Source of the DNA: a virus
Taxonomy: Duplodnaviria > Caudoviricetes
IMG/VR virus record: IMGVR_UViG_3300032330_001040
Coordinates: 1-64,000 of that record
Strand: one strand, 5' to 3'
Length of the DNA: 64,000 nt
The notes below the pieces were generated by a model. The model was not told the DNA's origin. It saw only the letters and a program-made list of their open reading frames with translations, and did no database searches. Within the stretch, counting starts at the first letter, position 1, and the number at the start of each line of letters is the position of its first letter. Below are positions 59,937 to 64,000 of the stretch, in pieces. Position numbers and translations under genes: made by a program.

Positions 59937-61007
59937 ATGAAAATAGCAATTATAACAGACCAACATTTTGGTGCTCGGAATGATTCAATCCATTTTTTGG
60001 ACTTCTATGAAAAGTTTTATAAAGAAACTTTTTTTCCTAAACTATTAGAAGAAAAAATTGATACCGTTCTTATTCTTGGTGATACCTTTGACCGTAGAAA
60101 ATACATAAACTTTTATTCATACAAACGTGCCAGAGAGATGTTCTTTGACAAATTGTTTTATTATAAAATGAATGTGTTTATGTTAGCCGGTAACCATGAT
60201 ACCTATTTTAAAAATACCAATGATGTAAACTCTGTTGACTTATTATTACGTGAATATAATAACATTATTGTAATTGATAAACCAGATATCATTTATGTTG
60301 GTGATACAAAGATTTGTATGTTGCCTTGGATTTGTCCTGAAAATTATGATGAATCGATGGCAACAATAAAAGAAACTGATGCTAAACTTTGTATGGGGCA
60401 TTTAGAAGTTGATGGATTTACTATGCACCGTGGAATGGTGGCAGAAGGAGGATTGAATCGTGAAATCTTTGGCAAATTTGATATGGTCTTTTCTGGCCAT
60501 TACCACCATAGGTCTAGCGCAGATAACATTAATTATCTTGGGAACCCTTACGAGCTTACCTGGCAAGATTACGGTGATACTAGGGGCTTTCATCTTTTTG
60601 ATACTGACACTTATGATTTGGAGTTTGTACCTAATCCGAACATAATGTTTCACCGTATCGTATATGATGATAAGAAAGAATCTATTACAGAAATTACCAA
60701 CAAAAACTTAACAAAATATACCAACACTTATATTAAAGTAGTGGTCATCAATAAGACTAATCCTTTCCTATTTGATAAATTTATGGAAAATATCTATAAT
60801 ATTAATCCAATTGATGTTACCATTGTTGAGGACCATACAGACTTGACAGAAGGCGTAGAAGATGATACAATAGACCAAGCACAAGATACAATGACGATTA
60901 TTGAACATTTTGTGGATGGTATCAAAGAAGAACATATTAATAATGATAAGCTGAAAACTGTAATGAAAGAACTTTACGTTGAGGCGTTGAACTTAGAGCA
61001 GGCATGA
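59937..61007 (+). CDS. gp47: Recombination endonuclease gp47 (Mre11/SbcD-like)
   Basis: TDQHFG, LGDTFD, GNHD, GHL, FSGHYH. Confidence 0.96.
   Translation: MKIAIITDQHFGARNDSIHFLDFYEKFYKETFFPKLLEEKIDTVLILGDTFDRRKYINFYSYKRAREMFFDKLFYYKMNVFMLAGNHDTYFKNTNDVNSVDLLLREYNNIIVIDKPDIIYVGDTKICMLPWICPENYDESMATIKETDAKLCMGHLEVDGFTMHRGMVAEGGLNREIFGKFDMVFSGHYHHRSSADNINYLGNPYELTWQDYGDTRGFHLFDTDTYDLEFVPNPNIMFHRIVYDDKKESITEITNKNLTKYTNTYIKVVVINKTNPFLFDKFMENIYNINPIDVTIVEDHTDLTEGVEDDTIDQAQDTMTIIEHFVDGIKEEHINNDKLKTVMKELYVEALNLEQA
60843..60871 (+). promoter_or_regulatory. Internal sigma70 promoter in gp47 (TTGACA-17-TACAAT, extended TG)
   Basis: Near-perfect consensus upstream of the Cys-rich gene and gp46. Confidence 0.65.
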
Positions 61008-61273
61008 TTTGTCCATATCTAGATGAAAATAAACTTTGCTCAATATATGAGTTTAGATTTAATTGTTGTCGAAGCTTTCCTAATAGAGAAACTGGAATGT
61101 TTTGTAGTGAAACTACCAGATGCGTTTATGATGCAAATGGAAACGTAGACTGCTTTAATTGCAAAGATAAATGTTGTGAACATTTAGAAATACCAGATAA
61201 TACTCCCATTTGGGAAGTTGTTAAAATATTGGATATTTCTTGTGTTAAATGTAAAGAAACTTATTGTAAATGA
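61004..61273 (+). CDS. Cys-rich YkgJ/CxxCxxCC-like metal-cluster protein (13 Cys in 89 aa)
   Basis: CPYL....CSIYE.R..CCR.FP and CxxCxxxCC motifs; ATGA overlaps at both ends. Confidence 0.7.
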   Translation: MICPYLDENKLCSIYEFRFNCCRSFPNRETGMFCSETTRCVYDANGNVDCFNCKDKCCEHLEIPDNTPIWEVVKILDISCVKCKETYCK

Positions 61274-62982
61274 TTATATTTCAAAAACTCCGTTGGAAGA
61301 ACATTCTTTCTACGGGTAATAGTTTTACTGAACTTGATTTAACCAAATCACCAAACACACTTGTTATTGGTAATAACGGTGCGGGTAAATCGACCATGTT
61401 GGATGCCTTATGTTTTGGTTTGTTTGGTAAACCATTTCGTAAAATCAACAAACCCAATCTATTAAACTCTATCAATCAACAACAAGGTGTGGTTGAGATT
61501 GAGTTTTCTATTGGCAAAAAACAATACAAAGTAATTCGTGGTATTAAGCCAAATGTATTTGAAGTATTTTGTAATGGTGTTTTAGTGGACCAAGATGCGA
61601 AAGCTAAAGACTACCAAGACCACTTAGAGAAATTCATTCTCAAAATAAATTTCAAGTCTTTTACGCAAGTAGTCATCTTGGGTTCCGCATCATTTGTTCC
61701 GTTCATGCAGTTATCGCCTGGTGACCGAAGAGCAATCATTGAGGACTTATTAGATATTGGTATTTTCTCATCAATGAATGGTATTGTTAAAGAAAAGATT
61801 TCTGCCAATAAATCAGAATCATTAAAAACAAAATATGATTTAGATTTGACAGCAGAAAAAATTAAACTTCAAAAAGAAGCCATTGAAGAATCTAAAAAAC
61901 ATAATGAAGCCGAAATTGAAAAGAAGAAAAAAGAAGTGAATGATTCTATTCATCAAAATTTTACATTACAAAAAGACATTGAATTAATCCAAAAACATAT
62001 TGATGTATTAAATAAGAGAATTAGTGATAAGTTATCTATAGAAAAAAAAGTGAACCAACTGGTTCAATTGGAGTCCAAACTAGAATCTCGATTAAAAAAA
62101 TTAGATAAGGAGCATAAATTCTATGAAGAAAACCACGACTGCCCAACCTGTAAACAAAGCATCGCTGACACCTTCAGACATAGCCAGCTTAGTGGAATCG
62201 ATAAAACAAAAGGAGAAATCGGAGTTGGACTTAAAGATATCGAGGCTAAAATCCAAGCGACAAACAGCCGCATCGAAGAAATCCAAAAGATAGTTTTACA
62301 TATTCAATCACACAATAATGAAATCGTCAAACACAATTCAACCATATCAGCAATCAATACTTACGTTACTAAACTACAACGAGAAATTGAAACTTTGTCT
62401 GAACAGAAAAACTCGCTTGTTGATGATAATGCCAAACTTAAAGAACTCAAATCAGAACTTGGAGTTTTAGTTGCCAAACAACAAGAATTGTCGGATGAAA
62501 AACAATATTTGGAATATGCCGGTAATTTATTAAAAGATACTGGTATCAAAACAAGAATCATCAAACAGTATTTGCCAATCATGAACAAGTTGATTAACAA
62601 GTACCTGACAGCAATGGACTTCTTCGTAAACTTTAATATTAACGAATCATTTGAAGAAACAATTAAGAGTAGGCATCGTGATGATTTTAGTTATGCCAAT
62701 TTTTCTGAAGGTGAGAAGATGCGTATTGACTTGGCGTTGTTATTTACTTGGCGGCAAATTGCCAAGATGAAGAATTCAACCAATACCAATTTATTGATAT
62801 TAGATGAAGTGTTTGATAGTAGTTTAGATACAGTTGGTACAGATGAATTTTTAAAATTACTTTATGATATGGACAAAGATACAAATGTATTTGTTATTTC
62901 ACATAAAGGAGACCAATTGTTTGATAAGTTCCGAAGTGTAATTAAATTTGAGAAACATAATAACTTTAGTAGGATAGCATAA
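61270..62982 (+). CDS. gp46: Recombination ATPase gp46 (Rad50/SbcC-like)
   Basis: GNNGAGKST, CPTC zinc hook, FSEGEKMRIDL, LILDEVFD, ISH. Confidence 0.97.
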   Translation: MIIFQKLRWKNILSTGNSFTELDLTKSPNTLVIGNNGAGKSTMLDALCFGLFGKPFRKINKPNLLNSINQQQGVVEIEFSIGKKQYKVIRGIKPNVFEVFCNGVLVDQDAKAKDYQDHLEKFILKINFKSFTQVVILGSASFVPFMQLSPGDRRAIIEDLLDIGIFSSMNGIVKEKISANKSESLKTKYDLDLTAEKIKLQKEAIEESKKHNEAEIEKKKKEVNDSIHQNFTLQKDIELIQKHIDVLNKRISDKLSIEKKVNQLVQLESKLESRLKKLDKEHKFYEENHDCPTCKQSIADTFRHSQLSGIDKTKGEIGVGLKDIEAKIQATNSRIEEIQKIVLHIQSHNNEIVKHNSTISAINTYVTKLQREIETLSEQKNSLVDDNAKLKELKSELGVLVAKQQELSDEKQYLEYAGNLLKDTGIKTRIIKQYLPIMNKLINKYLTAMDFFVNFNINESFEETIKSRHRDDFSYANFSEGEKMRIDLALLFTWRQIAKMKNSTNTNLLILDEVFDSSLDTVGTDEFLKLLYDMDKDTNVFVISHKGDQLFDKFRSVIKFEKHNNFSRIA

Positions 62983-63554
62983 TGAGTGATATAATTAAAT
63001 TCAATACGGAAGATGCTGTCAAAGATGGCATAGTATTACCACAACAAGCCAAAACATTTAATTTGGTTGCTGAAGATAACCCAATCTTAAGAGAAGTTAT
63101 GCCTGAATTTAACTTTGATAATCCTCCAGTTAATCCCAATGAGTTTGCTTCTACTTTGGTAGAAACTTGTAAAATAAATCGAGGTTATGGTTTATCCGCC
63201 AATCAATGTGGATTTAAACATAGAGTATTTGTAATGGGTACTGGTGATGATTATGTTGCCTTTTATAATCCAAAAATAATTTCTCAAAAAGGAGAAAGTC
63301 ATTTAGCCGAAGGATGTTTATCTTTTCCTCTTTTGGGATTACATATTACCAGAGCCTCAATCATTGATGTTGAATACCAAGATTTTAATGGTGTAATTAG
63401 GCAATCTACTTTTTCTGGCATATCTGCTCGGTGTTTTCAACATGAGCTTGACCATATGAATGGAATAGTGTATACTCGAAGAGTGAAGCCAATGGCGTTA
63501 CAGTCAGGCTTGAAAAAACGTAACAAACTTATTAAGAAAATAAAACTCATATAA
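62982..63554 (+). CDS. def: Peptide deformylase
   Basis: GYGLSANQCG, EGCLS, QHELDH. Confidence 0.95.
   Translation: MSDIIKFNTEDAVKDGIVLPQQAKTFNLVAEDNPILREVMPEFNFDNPPVNPNEFASTLVETCKINRGYGLSANQCGFKHRVFVMGTGDDYVAFYNPKIISQKGESHLAEGCLSFPLLGLHITRASIIDVEYQDFNGVIRQSTFSGISARCFQHELDHMNGIVYTRRVKPMALQSGLKKRNKLIKKIKLI
63448..63476 (+). promoter_or_regulatory. Candidate internal sigma70 promoter in def (TTGACC-17-TATACT)
   Basis: Ideal spacing; the -35 is preceded by GC as at 56968 and 59899. Confidence 0.55.
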
Positions 63555-64000
63555 TGGCAAGAGAAACTCAAACTAGAAGTACCCTGTGGGGCGATGAAGA
63601 ATACTTAGCAACTACAAATGAAATTCTTTCTGTTGATGAACAATGGGATGTTTGGCAAAAACAAAACCCTATAAAATCTTTTGAACATATTGATACTGAA
63701 AAATTGGTTAAAATTTTAACTAGTGATTTAACTTATGCTTCTAATATGGATGTGAAAGAATATACACTATATCAAAAATGGTGTGAAATTAAAGAAAGAT
63801 ATCCAACCGAAACAAAATCAATTATTCATGATGGCACATCAAAAATATCTAATGTATTGATTGATCCAGAACAAGAAAGACTTATTAATAAATTAAAAAA
63901 TAAATTTTGGATGCCAAAAGAACCTGATGATTATGCCAAATTACAACCTGTTATGAAATTACATAATGGTGAGTTGGCTGAGACATGGAATGCCATAAGA
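63554..64000 (+). CDS. Hypothetical protein running off the window end (MARETQTRS...EYTLYQKWCEIKERYP...)
   Basis: TAATG-coupled to def; frame stays open to the end of the window. Confidence 0.75.
   Translation, partial: MARETQTRSTLWGDEEYLATTNEILSVDEQWDVWQKQNPIKSFEHIDTEKLVKILTSDLTYASNMDVKEYTLYQKWCEIKERYPTETKSIIHDGTSKISNVLIDPEQERLINKLKNKFWMPKEPDDYAKLQPVMKLHNGELAETWNAIR

Noticed and set aside
2679-62600. Short minus-strand ORFs of 60-144 aa throughout the track
   Set aside because: All are shadows of conserved + strand genes and carry no recognisable motifs
42771-62982. Introns, inteins or homing endonucleases in gp17, gp20, gp23, uvsW, gp46
   Set aside because: All are uninterrupted and of ordinary length
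62982-63554. Peptide deformylase as a novel auxiliary gene
   Set aside because: Already well known in T4-like aquatic phages
1-64000. Stop-codon reassignment, tRNA or rRNA genes
   Set aside because: TAA, TAG and TGA all end conserved genes at expected positions; no cloverleaf was recognisable in the few short intergenic gaps

Overview
This is a 64-kb, AT-rich piece of a large T4-like myovirus, with the gene order of the cyanophage/freshwater branch; essentially all real genes are on the + strand. In order it contains: baseplate (gp53, gp27-like hub, gp5 split into separate genes, gp25, gp6, gp7, gp8, and a DUF4815/VrlC-like giant protein split in two); a ~14-kb fibre module; a four-gene hydroxylase/glycosyltransferase/methyltransferase cassette; neck, terminase, tail and head genes (gp13-gp23); a late-expressed DctP-like + 2OG-oxygenase + TctC/Bug island; then gp3, radical SAM, uvsY, uvsW, gp55, gp47, gp46 and peptide deformylase. 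The most striking signal is a candidate phage 'procollagen' system. Three tandem paralogues have differently ordered Gly-X-Y triplets but length-matched collagen domains (294/294/293 aa). Each ends in a self-cleaving S74 chaperone, has no receptor-binding head and almost no charged residues in the helix. They are directly followed by two 2OG-Fe(II) oxygenases, a GT2-TPR-oxygenase fusion and a GT2-methyltransferase, which suggests a heterotrimeric, post-translationally modified collagen fibre. Other notable signals: a colinear C-terminal/N-terminal docking-motif code along the fibre genes; a domain split mid-fold by a Gly-linker/VICT domain plus a 38-aa membrane peptide; an SD-sequestering hairpin with a late promoter in its loop; leaderless late genes; and sigma70 promoters embedded in CDSs. 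All calls come from motif recognition and synteny; no database searches were run.
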